A stretch of DNA of 64,000 nt from Salinispira pacifica (lineage in GTDB: Bacteria > Spirochaetota > Spirochaetia > DSM-27196 > Salinispiraceae): NCBI RefSeq assembly GCF_000507245.1, contig NC_023035.1, forward strand, positions 2,335,570 through 2,399,569, in the 5' to 3' direction. Both the position numbers and the translations under genes were made by a program. The notes under the pieces were generated by a model. The model had not been told where the DNA came from. It worked only from the letters and a program-made list of their open reading frames with translations, and searched no databases. This document shows, one piece after another, positions 9,476 to 17,325 of this stretch (within the stretch, counting starts at the first letter, position 1; each line of letters opens with the position of its first letter).

Positions 9476-10531
9476 ATGGCAGGAAACAGCTTCGGGCAGG
9501 CTTATAAAATAACAACCTTCGGAGAATCCCACGGCGGCGCAGTGGGAGTCATCGTTGACGGCGTCACCCCCGGCGTGGAAATCACACTGGAGGATATTCA
9601 GAAAGAACTGGACAGGAGAAAAACCGGCCAGTCCTACATCACCACCCCCCGGAAGGAACCGGATAAGGTTCATTTCATGTCCGGGGTATTTGAAGGGAAA
9701 ACCACCGGTACTCCCCTGATGATGATTCTCTACAACAAGGATGCCCAGCCCAGCGCATACAATGACATTAAAGAGCTGTACCGTCCCGGTCATGCGGACT
9801 ACACCTATTCCAGAAAATACGGCATACGGGACTGGCGGGGAAGCGGAAGAGCCAGCGGAAGAGAAACCGCCGGACGTGTTGCAGCAGGCGCCCTGGCCAG
9901 AAAGATTTTGCGGGACAAAGGGGTGAACATTCTTGCATACACCCGCCGCACAGCAGGTATTGAAATCTCCAGCTTCGATCCTGAGGTAATTGAGAAGAAT
10001 CCGCTGCGGGCCCCGGACATGAAGGCTGCGGAAGAAATGAACAGGATCATCAGCAAAATCAAGGATGAGGAAGACAGCATGGGAGGGATCGTTGAATGCC
10101 GGATCAGCGGTGTGGATCCCGGTCTGGGTGAACCGGTCTTCGACAAGCTTGATGCGGAACTTGCAAAGGCCATGCTCTCAATCGGTGCCGTAAAAGGGAT
10201 AGAATTCGGCAAGGGCTTTGCCGCCGCGGATATGAGGGGCAGCGAACACAATGATCAGATGAGCGCTGACGGATTCATTACCAACAATGCCGGCGGAATT
10301 ATCGGAGGCATATCAACCGGGGAGGAAATTATCTTCCGGATCGTGGTAAAACCCACCTCCTCCATCAACAAAGTACAGAGAACTGTGAGCAAAGAGGGAA
10401 AGGAGCAGGAAATACGCACAGAAGGGCGTCACGATGCCTGCATCTGTCCCCGGATTATCCCGGTGGTGGAGGCCATGGCTTCCATCGTACTTCTGGATCA
10501 TATAAAACGGCTGGGAGCAATGCATATCTGA
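9476..10531 (+). CDS. aroC: Chorismate synthase
   Basis: 351 aa with N-terminal GNSFGQAYKITTFGESHGGAVGVIVDGVTPG..., the canonical AroC signature. TAGGAGA RBS upstream. Confidence 0.9.
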   Translation: MAGNSFGQAYKITTFGESHGGAVGVIVDGVTPGVEITLEDIQKELDRRKTGQSYITTPRKEPDKVHFMSGVFEGKTTGTPLMMILYNKDAQPSAYNDIKELYRPGHADYTYSRKYGIRDWRGSGRASGRETAGRVAAGALARKILRDKGVNILAYTRRTAGIEISSFDPEVIEKNPLRAPDMKAAEEMNRIISKIKDEEDSMGGIVECRISGVDPGLGEPVFDKLDAELAKAMLSIGAVKGIEFGKGFAAADMRGSEHNDQMSADGFITNNAGGIIGGISTGEEIIFRIVVKPTSSINKVQRTVSKEGKEQEIRTEGRHDACICPRIIPVVEAMASIVLLDHIKRLGAMHI

Positions 10532-10574
10532 TTCATCGGGCCCGGGCGTCCGGAAGTCCGGATCCCCAGGTGCA

Positions 10575-10594
10575 GCGGGGCGGTTCAGCCCCGC
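10575..10594. terminator. Bidirectional stem-loop between convergent aroC and the minus-strand peptidase gene
   Basis: 7-bp stem gcggggc / gccccgc with loop ggttca, in the 78-nt convergent intergenic gap. Confidence 0.4.
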
Positions 10595-10609
10595 GCCGGC
10601 TCAGAAATA

Positions 10610-11776
10610 TCATGATTCCAGCAGCTGCTCAATAATCGTGTAGGGATCGTCCCCTTTGCGGTATGTTACATTCATGGATTCGGGGTCCTTCATGGCAGTC
10701 TCCAGGGTCTGAAGAACCGCAGATACCGATCCCAGCCGCTCATAGAGCGCCTGATACCCAGGCCCCCGGCCGCTGTAGCTTCGGTAGAGACTGAGGAATG
10801 CATTGTTCAGCTCAAGTTCCGGGGCATTCCGGTACGCATCTCCCTCATAGCGCTCAGGATAGCTTATGCGGAATTGTTCACGGAACCTCTCCAGAATCCG
10901 TTCACGGGCAGCTTCCAGTTCGGAAGCTCGTTCAGGGGTTTGTTCGTGGGATGATTCGGGGGCCTGTTCGTCAGCCTGCTCGGGGGCACGGTCAGCAGAT
11001 GGGGGGTGGGCAGCACTGGCCGGGGGAGATTTCTCGCTGAATGTTTCCGGGAAGGACTCATAGAGGATCTCAAGCTCCCGGGAAAGGGTTCGCATATCTG
11101 CCGCGAACTGACGGGAATCATGGATACTCGCCTCTGCGGAACGGTACTCCCGGGAGTCTGTACCGTAATACCATTCAATGTATTCCAGCGCGGCCATATC
11201 TCCCAGAGTGGTTGCAAGCTCTTCATTAAAGGAAATATGTCCCTTTACCCAGAAGCTGGCATGAATCTGCTCATGGAAAATCAGACGGGCCAGCCTGAAC
11301 TGATCATATTCTGTCATAAAGGAAATAAGCGGATCTTTGGTAATGCCCAGGGTGCTGAAACCGTCAACTTTCCGGACAAACACATGGTATCCTTTATCCC
11401 GGAGTCTCCGGGCTTCCCGGGCAGCATCCTCCGGATTGTAATAGCCCCGGTATGGAGCGGGTCCGAGAAACGGATAGCGCCAGAGAAAGGGATCCAGGCT
11501 GTCAGGAGCAGCGGCATTCACCACCGCCACCAGATAGTCCCGGTCAAGTTCCAGATACTTCCGGTAATTCCCGTTGTCATTCAACCCGAGCCGTTCAACT
11601 CCGAAATCCCGGATCCGTTCAACCCCGGTAAAAAACCTTTCCAGCTCTTCCTGCCGGGATTCATCGGCGCTCTTCAGTGCAGCGCTTCTGCTTTGTGCGG
11701 CAAGACGGTTGCGGAAAAGTACACTCCCCTGCTCCACATAATAGCAGGAACTGAATAGAACCACGGCAAGAATCAT
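10610..11776 (-). CDS. Putative lipoprotein zinc aminopeptidase (HExxH; predicted-aminopeptidase PF10023-like family)
   Basis: The HEQIH motif (IFHEQIHASFWVKG) sits in a family-like context. A lipoprotein-type signal MILAVVLFSSC is present if translation starts at the internal ATG (11776). The ORF track extends to a TTG at 11929, which would add an (AGNKS)3 repeat. The C-terminal third is an acidic, Pro/Ala-rich low-complexity linker. Confidence 0.5.
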   Translation of the reverse strand: MILAVVLFSSCYYVEQGSVLFRNRLAAQSRSAALKSADESRQEELERFFTGVERIRDFGVERLGLNDNGNYRKYLELDRDYLVAVVNAAAPDSLDPFLWRYPFLGPAPYRGYYNPEDAAREARRLRDKGYHVFVRKVDGFSTLGITKDPLISFMTEYDQFRLARLIFHEQIHASFWVKGHISFNEELATTLGDMAALEYIEWYYGTDSREYRSAEASIHDSRQFAADMRTLSRELEILYESFPETFSEKSPPASAAHPPSADRAPEQADEQAPESSHEQTPERASELEAARERILERFREQFRISYPERYEGDAYRNAPELELNNAFLSLYRSYSGRGPGYQALYERLGSVSAVLQTLETAMKDPESMNVTYRKGDDPYTIIEQLLES

Positions 11777-11804
11777 GAAAAGCGCCTTCCCCGGGATGGT
11801 CCGG

Positions 11805-11849
11805 CTTTTGTTTCCTGCACTTTTGTTTCCTGCACTTTTGTTTCCTGCG
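11805..11849. repeat. Perfect 15-bp tandem repeat x3 (cttttgtttcctgca) at the 5' end or leader of the peptidase gene
   Basis: Seen directly: three head-to-tail copies, the last with one substitution. On the coding (minus) strand this is in frame and encodes AGNKS x3 if the upstream TTG start is used. Confidence 0.85.
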
Positions 11850-11982
11850 CTTATATTCCCCGCTGGGCAAACTTTCGTGTATTTCAGAGAAATCGGGAAG
11901 CTTTCAGTTTTAATCGGTATGAGTTTCAAGGGGATCCTGTTTCTTGGCGGGTACCGGAGAAAGGGGAAGTAACTCTCCGGTC

Positions 11983-12011
11983 AAAAAAAAAGCCACTCCC
12001 GGAGGAGCGGC
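11983..12011 (-). terminator. Rho-independent terminator of the rubredoxin gene
   Basis: On the minus strand there is an 8-bp stem (GCCGCUCC / GGAGUGGC, one G-U pair) with a 4-nt loop, immediately followed by a run of 9 U. It starts 8 nt after the rubredoxin stop. Confidence 0.65.
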
Positions 12012-12018
12012 TTACAAC

Positions 12019-12180
12019 TTAATCTTCAGGTGAAAAATCTTCCTTTTCAGCGCCGCACATGGGACACACCCAATCGTCGGGAAGAGCTTCAAAAGCTGTT
12101 CCGGCCGGCACACCATTGTCAGGATCACCTTCTGCGGGATCGTAAATGTATCCGCACACTTCACATACATATTTCTGCAT
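12019..12180 (-). CDS. rub: Rubredoxin (53 aa; below the ORF-track size cut-off)
   Basis: Hand translation of the minus strand: [53 protein letters not shown], with both CxxCG / CPxCG iron-binding knuckles. GAGGAG RBS 7 nt upstream. The listed ORF 12012..12224 is in a different frame. Confidence 0.8.
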   Translation of the reverse strand: MQKYVCEVCGYIYDPAEGDPDNGVPAGTAFEALPDDWVCPMCGAEKEDFSPED

Positions 12181-12200
12181 GGAGCGCTCCTCGTTAAGCG

Positions 12201-12229
12201 TGAATCATCAAATTGAATGATCATTCATC
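12201..12229. promoter_or_regulatory. Putative Fur/PerR-type operator in the rubredoxin promoter region
   Basis: A perfect 14-bp palindrome tgaatgatcattca (12214-12227) is preceded by a half-site-like tgaatcatca. It is AT-rich and lies 21-49 nt upstream of the rubredoxin start, between ferritin and rubredoxin. Confidence 0.35.
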
Positions 12230-12262
12230 TCGGTTATGCTCTATAAGATAACAGCCTGAGGG

Positions 12263-12766
12263 CTATTCATCAAGTGTTCCCCGTGAAGACATTTCTTTGT
12301 CCAGCATGAACAGGCCGTATTTGGAACCCTCAATCCGTTCCAGCTGTTTGATAATGTTCATTGCAGTGGATTCCTCTTCCACCTGTTCGTTCACATACCA
12401 GTCCAGAAAGCGTTCGCTGGCGACATCGTCGGCTTCACGGGCGGTCTTCACCAGTTTGTGAATACAGGAAGTAATATACTGCTCATGATCATATGCTGCA
12501 CGGAAGGCATCCAGGGGAGATTTCCACTCCTTCTGAGGCTCTTTAATGGATGGCACCAGGGACCGTCCTTCCCTTTCAAAAAGATAATCAAAAAACTTGT
12601 GGGCATGCTCAAGCTCTTCCTGATACTGGGAACGCATCCAGACGGCGAACCCCGGAAGATCCTGATCCTCAAACCATGCCGCCATGGCTAAATACAGATA
12701 GGCCGAATCAAATTCCTCTTTGATCTGTGTATTGATGGCTGCTTCAACTTTTGCGGGTATTTTCAT
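12263..12766 (-). CDS. ftn: Non-heme ferritin
   Basis: From the internal Met: MKIPAKVEAAINTQIKEEFDSAYLYLAMAAWFEDQDLPGFAVWMRSQYQEELEHAHKFFDYL..., about 167 aa, with the ferroxidase-centre E/H pattern. AGGAG RBS upstream of that ATG. The ORF-track start at 12868 is an unsupported 5' extension. Confidence 0.8.
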   Translation of the reverse strand: MKIPAKVEAAINTQIKEEFDSAYLYLAMAAWFEDQDLPGFAVWMRSQYQEELEHAHKFFDYLFEREGRSLVPSIKEPQKEWKSPLDAFRAAYDHEQYITSCIHKLVKTAREADDVASERFLDWYVNEQVEEESTAMNIIKQLERIEGSKYGLFMLDKEMSSRGTLDE

Positions 12767-12779
12767 AACACCACTCCTA

Positions 12780-13751
12780 TTAACTGATAATATCTTTCCA
12801 GAAACTTTCCGCTCTGTGAAGGGAGCGTGTTTCAGGGTGAATTCCGGTGCGGGTAAGGGCAAAGTCATATTTCACCGGGTCTTCACTATTTATTATGCGG
12901 AAATTATCGGTAATTTCAATCACTGTGGACATATCCGCAGATTTTCTGCTTCGCAGGCCCAACTCTGCAGTAACCCTCATCATGTGGGTATCCAGGGGGT
13001 ACAGCAGGTCGGCAGGAGAGAGAATATTCCAGCCTCCTGGATCCACTTCATCCCGGCGAACCATCCACCGCAGAAAAAGCATCATCCGCTTGGCTGCACC
13101 GCTGCGGTGGAAGGGGGGCTTCACCTCAGGCACGATAATTCCGGGAATTCCATCTTCTCCCTGAAAGAGCTCAGGAAATCGTCTGATTTGATCTTCCGCC
13201 CCCCTCTCCAGCGCATACCTGAGATTCATGGCCGCAGCCAGCCCGGGGTACACTGCCTCTTCAGATTCCCCAGGCACCGGCGCCGCAGCCTGTTGAAGTG
13301 AACCGAATTTCTGAATTACCACTGCCATGGAAGAAATGAGTAGCAGAATTCGTGCATAACTGAAGAAACGGTATTTCATGGGGGGAATTATTCCCATCAG
13401 CTGTCGGGGAATATTGTCAGGGTCCAGCTCCAGAAGCATTTTCCGGGGATTGGGAAGATGAGTAAACAGCGTATCCAGAGTCTGAAGGATCAGATCCACC
13501 CTTCCCAGGGCAAACATTGCCGAAAGAAATGCGGCGATCTCCCGGTCTCCTGCTTCTGGAAACTTCAGGGCCGCCTCCAGGGGATCGGGATGTATGAACC
13601 GGCTTTGGTTCAGCTGATCGTACAGGGCATCCAGTTTTTTCCGGAAAACCGCAGCCGCCGAAGGTGATATTATCTTGAGGGCTCTGGGCAATTGAGGTAG
13701 TATCTCCTTATGAAACTGCATTCCTTTCTGCCTTCCAGGGCGGAACATCAA
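12780..13751 (-). CDS. Conserved hypothetical protein, TIGR02757/DUF2400-like (HhH-type fold suspected)
   Basis: 323-aa ORF. The C-terminal region ...DTHMMRVTAELGLRSRK...KYDFALTRTGIHPE resembles the conserved end of that family. It ends 13 nt before ftn, so it may be co-transcribed. Confidence 0.35.
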   Translation of the reverse strand: MMFRPGRQKGMQFHKEILPQLPRALKIISPSAAAVFRKKLDALYDQLNQSRFIHPDPLEAALKFPEAGDREIAAFLSAMFALGRVDLILQTLDTLFTHLPNPRKMLLELDPDNIPRQLMGIIPPMKYRFFSYARILLLISSMAVVIQKFGSLQQAAAPVPGESEEAVYPGLAAAMNLRYALERGAEDQIRRFPELFQGEDGIPGIIVPEVKPPFHRSGAAKRMMLFLRWMVRRDEVDPGGWNILSPADLLYPLDTHMMRVTAELGLRSRKSADMSTVIEITDNFRIINSEDPVKYDFALTRTGIHPETRSLHRAESFWKDIIS

Positions 13752-13838
13752 TATAATAGCATGAAAACATCCGGCAGGTCAGGCACAAAAGAGATGATCG
13801 TCGGCGCCCTCTTGCGTCTGTTCTCCAGCAACGCCCGG

Positions 13839-14882
13839 ATGAGGACGGGATCCCGGAGATTTTTTACCGCAATTCTTCTGACGGGACTCATCCTGTTCAC
13901 CTCCTGCGCAGGATCAAACAGCTATCCCCGCTACGAATTCCTGGGTCCGGAATACCGAAGTTATCTGGCAAGACTCATGGAAGAAAAGGACTTTGCCAGC
14001 AGGTTTGTGATGATGGAGCGGCTTACCGCTGAAATTGCTCGGGAACGGGGAAGCGATGATCTGCGCTCCTTTATCCATCAATACAGCATGGACCAGGGGG
14101 ACGACCCCTATATGGCATACTATCTCCAGATTCTGGGAGATCATTACGCCGGGCAAAAGCCGGGCCTCAGCCAGTATTATTACAACAGGATTCTCAGTGA
14201 ATATCCGGATGTCAGGAGAGGAACCAGTTCCACCCATTTTGCCGCCCTTCAGGGACTGCTGCGGCAGGAAACAGACCCGCCGAAACGAATCGAGTACTAC
14301 CGGCAGCTCATACGGGAGTTTCCCGAAAAGATTGACCTCGGTCTTACCTGGTACCGACTGGCAGGAGAGTACCGCAATGACGGACGATTCAGTGAGTATT
14401 TTGCGGCACTTGAGGAATTTTCCCGTTATCCGGATACCCGGGTGCCCGGAGCGCCGGACATCCACGAAGCAGTGCAGGAACAGCTGAGTTTTCACCGGAA
14501 TAACAGCAAGGACTGGACGTCACCCAGCCTGGATACTCTGGTGGATAACATCAAAATATCACTCTATTACAAACAGGACTGGAGGCTTGAGCGCCACCGG
14601 GCCAAGGAAAATTTCTTTGCCATGAGCTGGCTGCAGGATCCGTCGGACTTCAACAGCCGTCCGAATTTCAATATCGGAACATTTCTGAATGCAGCCCGCA
14701 GCATCTCCTTTTCCGCCGACTTCACCATTCTGAATGAAAAGGAAGCATATCTGAAAACCTGGGGGTGGAGTTACCGGATTCCGGAGTGGTATTTTTACTT
14801 CAGAAAGGTGGATTATCCTGCCGATCCTGAAATACATGGAAACTGGGAGTGGGCAGGAATTTATTTTGGAGACACGCTCTAA
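13839..14882 (+). CDS. Hypothetical lipoprotein, TPR-like helical repeats
   Basis: From the internal ATG: MRTGSRRFFTAILLTGLILFTSCAGS (signal plus lipobox-like LFTSC). Starting here avoids overlap with the divergent minus-strand gene. Recurrent Y/W-rich helical motifs (...MAYYLQILGDHYAG..., ...YYRQLIREFPE...). The ORF track starts at 13710. Confidence 0.5.
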   Translation: MRTGSRRFFTAILLTGLILFTSCAGSNSYPRYEFLGPEYRSYLARLMEEKDFASRFVMMERLTAEIARERGSDDLRSFIHQYSMDQGDDPYMAYYLQILGDHYAGQKPGLSQYYYNRILSEYPDVRRGTSSTHFAALQGLLRQETDPPKRIEYYRQLIREFPEKIDLGLTWYRLAGEYRNDGRFSEYFAALEEFSRYPDTRVPGAPDIHEAVQEQLSFHRNNSKDWTSPSLDTLVDNIKISLYYKQDWRLERHRAKENFFAMSWLQDPSDFNSRPNFNIGTFLNAARSISFSADFTILNEKEAYLKTWGWSYRIPEWYFYFRKVDYPADPEIHGNWEWAGIYFGDTL

Positions 14883-16206
14883 TTTGATACCCAACAGAAA
14901 ACTGCGCTCCGGGAGACCCTTCAGTTCATTTTCCGGTCTCCCCGGCTCCATCCATGCAGTACAACTGATACTGATCTTCTTCCTGATATGTTCTCCAACG
15001 GGAATTCACTCTCTCCCCCGCCGAAACAATCCTGAAGCCGCATGGGAAAACGGGCCGGGCCCCGGGGAAGAACACTCCGTCAAATCGTCAGCACCTGCTT
15101 CCCCTCTTCCGTCATTACAGACCCATGCCGGTCCCATGATGTTCGCCAGTTTTTCCCAGCATGATCTCCTTCATCCCCGGGTAATTGCCGAGCTGGACGA
15201 ACGGACCCGGAATGACAGCCTTTCCGCCCACTGGTCGGCAATGATCCGTTCGGAACTCTACCGGGACTACATCCGTTCGGAAATTCTCCGGCAGAGAGTC
15301 CCCACGGAACTGATGGCGGTGGCATACATTGAATCTTCCTTTGACGTGATGGCGGAAAGCCGCACCGGTGCCCGTGGTCTGTGGCAGTTTGCCGATAACT
15401 CCCTTGCTCCCTGGCTGAGCAGATCAGAAACCTTTCCGCGATTTGATGAGCGCTTTGATTTCCGGAAATCTACCATAGCGGCCATGGAAAAACTGATGAT
15501 CAACCGGAGAGAAACCGGCGACTGGATTTCCGCTGTGGCGGCCTACAACGGCGGATTGGGCAGACTCAGCCGAAGCCTTGCCGCCTTGAACCGCCGGGGC
15601 ACCGGCAACGGCTCTGCCCCGGCGCCGAACCCCGCAGATACACCGGGTGAAACCCTGTCACCTTTCTGGAGTCTTGATATACAGGATGAGGGAGAGCCCT
15701 ATGTACGGGAAGCGGGAAATATCAGCAGAGAAACCGCGAACTACATTCCCCGGTACATTGCCGCCTCGGTTATCGCCGCATATCCGGGCCGCTTCGGCAT
15801 CCGTCTCAACTGGTCTGCCCCCCTGCACTGGGAGCACCTGAGTCCGGGAATTGAAATTGAGTTGACCACACTCGCCGGGGAATCCGGCGTACCTCTTCAG
15901 ATTCTCCGGGCCGGGAACGGCGAGTACCTTGACGGAATTATTCCCGGCGGTGCCCATGAACTGAAATTTCCCCGGCGATATTCCAGTGCCGTCCGATCCG
16001 CCCTGGGGAGTCTGAGAAAAACCCGGGAACCCTCCGGTCCCGGATACTACACGGTGAAACCCGGCGATACCCTCTGGAGCATCAGCAGATCCCATGGAAT
16101 AGATCTGGAGAACCTTCGAAAGCTGAATAACCTTGAGCAGGATAATATTATCCATGCGGGGATGCAGCTCAGGCTGGCGGATGAATCTGCCGATACAAGT
16201 AATTGA
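14836..16206 (+). CDS. Membrane-bound lytic murein transglycosylase (MltD-like): SLT domain plus C-terminal LysM
   Basis: SLT catalytic motif ...AYIESSFDVMAESRTGARGLWQF... and the C-terminal LysM YYTVKPGDTLWSISRSHGIDLENLRKLNNL. A TTG at 14884 (just after the upstream stop) would be the more likely real start and gives a lipoprotein-like signal ...AVQLILIFFLICS. Confidence 0.7.
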   Translation: METGSGQEFILETRSNLIPNRKLRSGRPFSSFSGLPGSIHAVQLILIFFLICSPTGIHSLPRRNNPEAAWENGPGPGEEHSVKSSAPASPLPSLQTHAGPMMFASFSQHDLLHPRVIAELDERTRNDSLSAHWSAMIRSELYRDYIRSEILRQRVPTELMAVAYIESSFDVMAESRTGARGLWQFADNSLAPWLSRSETFPRFDERFDFRKSTIAAMEKLMINRRETGDWISAVAAYNGGLGRLSRSLAALNRRGTGNGSAPAPNPADTPGETLSPFWSLDIQDEGEPYVREAGNISRETANYIPRYIAASVIAAYPGRFGIRLNWSAPLHWEHLSPGIEIELTTLAGESGVPLQILRAGNGEYLDGIIPGGAHELKFPRRYSSAVRSALGSLRKTREPSGPGYYTVKPGDTLWSISRSHGIDLENLRKLNNLEQDNIIHAGMQLRLADESADTSN

Positions 16207-16207
16207 G

Positions 16208-17086
16208 ATGAAGCACATTATCCCCGATTCGCCAGCTGCCGCCCTTCGACTCCTCCTGTTGGTCATAATGACCTGTTTTGTCCTTCCTGCCCTGCTCCCT
16301 CTTCACAGCCTGAACGCCCAGATGGGAGTTGACAGCAGCATGGACTGGGAGAATGGTATTCTCCGGGTAACCGTATCCAGAACGGTGGATGACCGGGGAT
16401 ATAACCTTCCCGCAGCCCTCTACAGTGCCGAGCTGGAAATCGAGCGGAGGCTGCCGGACATCCTTTTCCGGGAGCTTCTCAATGTCCAGGTAGACTCCTG
16501 GAACAGTCTGGAAGATACTTTGCGAAATGAACCGGAACTTATCTCCTTCATAGAAAACCTCAGTGCAACGGCGGAACATGTCTCTGTCCGCCCGGATCCC
16601 TCGGTACCCGTACTGCACAGCAGCTATGCGCTGGAACTGTACCCCCGTCTCAGCGGTGAGCTGGTTCGCCACGGGAACAGTTTCCCCATGAATGAGGTTC
16701 TGCAGTGGCAGCCGGGTTCGGACTACAGCGGAATTGTGATATATGCCGGCCGTGAGCTTCCGGTTCACGGCGAACAACGGAGCGCAGCTCTGGAACCTGC
16801 TCTGTTCCCGGTAATCTACGATGAGAATATGCGGGTGGTGGCCGATAAAAACCGCCTGGATCCCGAGTATGCATCCCGTTGGGGCGTTGCCGCCTACACC
16901 CGGGGGTTTGATGAATCGGAACACCGGGAACGGATCGGGGACAACCCCTACAGAATTATCGCCACCAGTCTGTTCGGCATTACCCCTTCCGATCCCCTCA
17001 TTCCTCCCGCCGATGCGGATGTTCTGCTGTACAGCGAGAACAACCGGAGGCTGCTGCGGGAAGGCAGAATTCTGATCATCTACTGA
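16208..17086 (+). CDS. Hypothetical exported protein
   Basis: The internal start MKHIIPDSPAAALRLLLLVIMTCFVLPALLPLHSLNAQ (signal peptide) begins 2 nt after the MltD-like stop. No recognisable family. The ORF track starts at 16133. Confidence 0.5.
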   Translation: MKHIIPDSPAAALRLLLLVIMTCFVLPALLPLHSLNAQMGVDSSMDWENGILRVTVSRTVDDRGYNLPAALYSAELEIERRLPDILFRELLNVQVDSWNSLEDTLRNEPELISFIENLSATAEHVSVRPDPSVPVLHSSYALELYPRLSGELVRHGNSFPMNEVLQWQPGSDYSGIVIYAGRELPVHGEQRSAALEPALFPVIYDENMRVVADKNRLDPEYASRWGVAAYTRGFDESEHRERIGDNPYRIIATSLFGITPSDPLIPPADADVLLYSENNRRLLREGRILIIY

Positions 17087-17136
17087 GCAGTGCGGGATTC
17101 ACCCCCACCCCAGCCTCCCATACCTTCCCGGATTCT

Positions 17137-17204
17137 CCCCCCCCATGCCGGATTAATTTCCCTGCATCCTGGCGGTGGTTTTTTTTTCGGTTCTTGGGTA
17201 CAAT
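17137..17204 (+). promoter_or_regulatory. Promoter region with homopolymeric C8 and T9 tracts upstream of the 17326 lipoprotein gene
   Basis: C8 tract at 17137-17144, T9 at 17179-17187, and a TACAAT -10-like hexamer at 17199-17204. The T tract would fall in the -35/spacer region. An 8-bp inverted repeat ccctgcag / ctgcaggg lies at 17267-17291, nearer the start codon. Confidence 0.35.
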
Positions 17205-17325
17205 CCAGCAATTAAACCAGATCTCCATAGGGCAGTTCTCTTCAGGGAGTGCTCTATAGGACTATTCCCTGCAGAGCAGTCCCCTGCAGGGCAAGCGATC
17301 CCCACAGAATCTTCAGGAGCCATTC

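Noticed and set aside
12012-12224. 70-aa minus-strand ORF from the track overlapping the rubredoxin locus
   Set aside because: It is in a different frame from the clear 53-aa rubredoxin (CxxCG/CPxCG, RBS present, terminator present) and has no recognisable features.
12716-12842. Apparent 1-nt disagreements between my hand translation of the printed sequence and the ORF-track translation at two line boundaries (about 12720 and 12840)
   Set aside because: They compensate each other and lie outside the real ferritin CDS. I treated them as a reading or formatting artefact rather than biology and relied on ORF-track coordinates. Hand-derived coordinates may therefore be off by 1 nt.
12767-12868. 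N-terminal extensions proposed by the ORF track for ferritin (to 12868) and likewise for proC (27273), serS (28158), neuB-like (29350), the small OMP (48370), acnA (52266), SDR (58805), the 16133 exported-protein ORF and 13710
   Set aside because: The internal ATGs have proper RBSs, give family-typical lengths and signal peptides, and avoid overlaps with neighbouring genes. The extensions add non-homologous residues.
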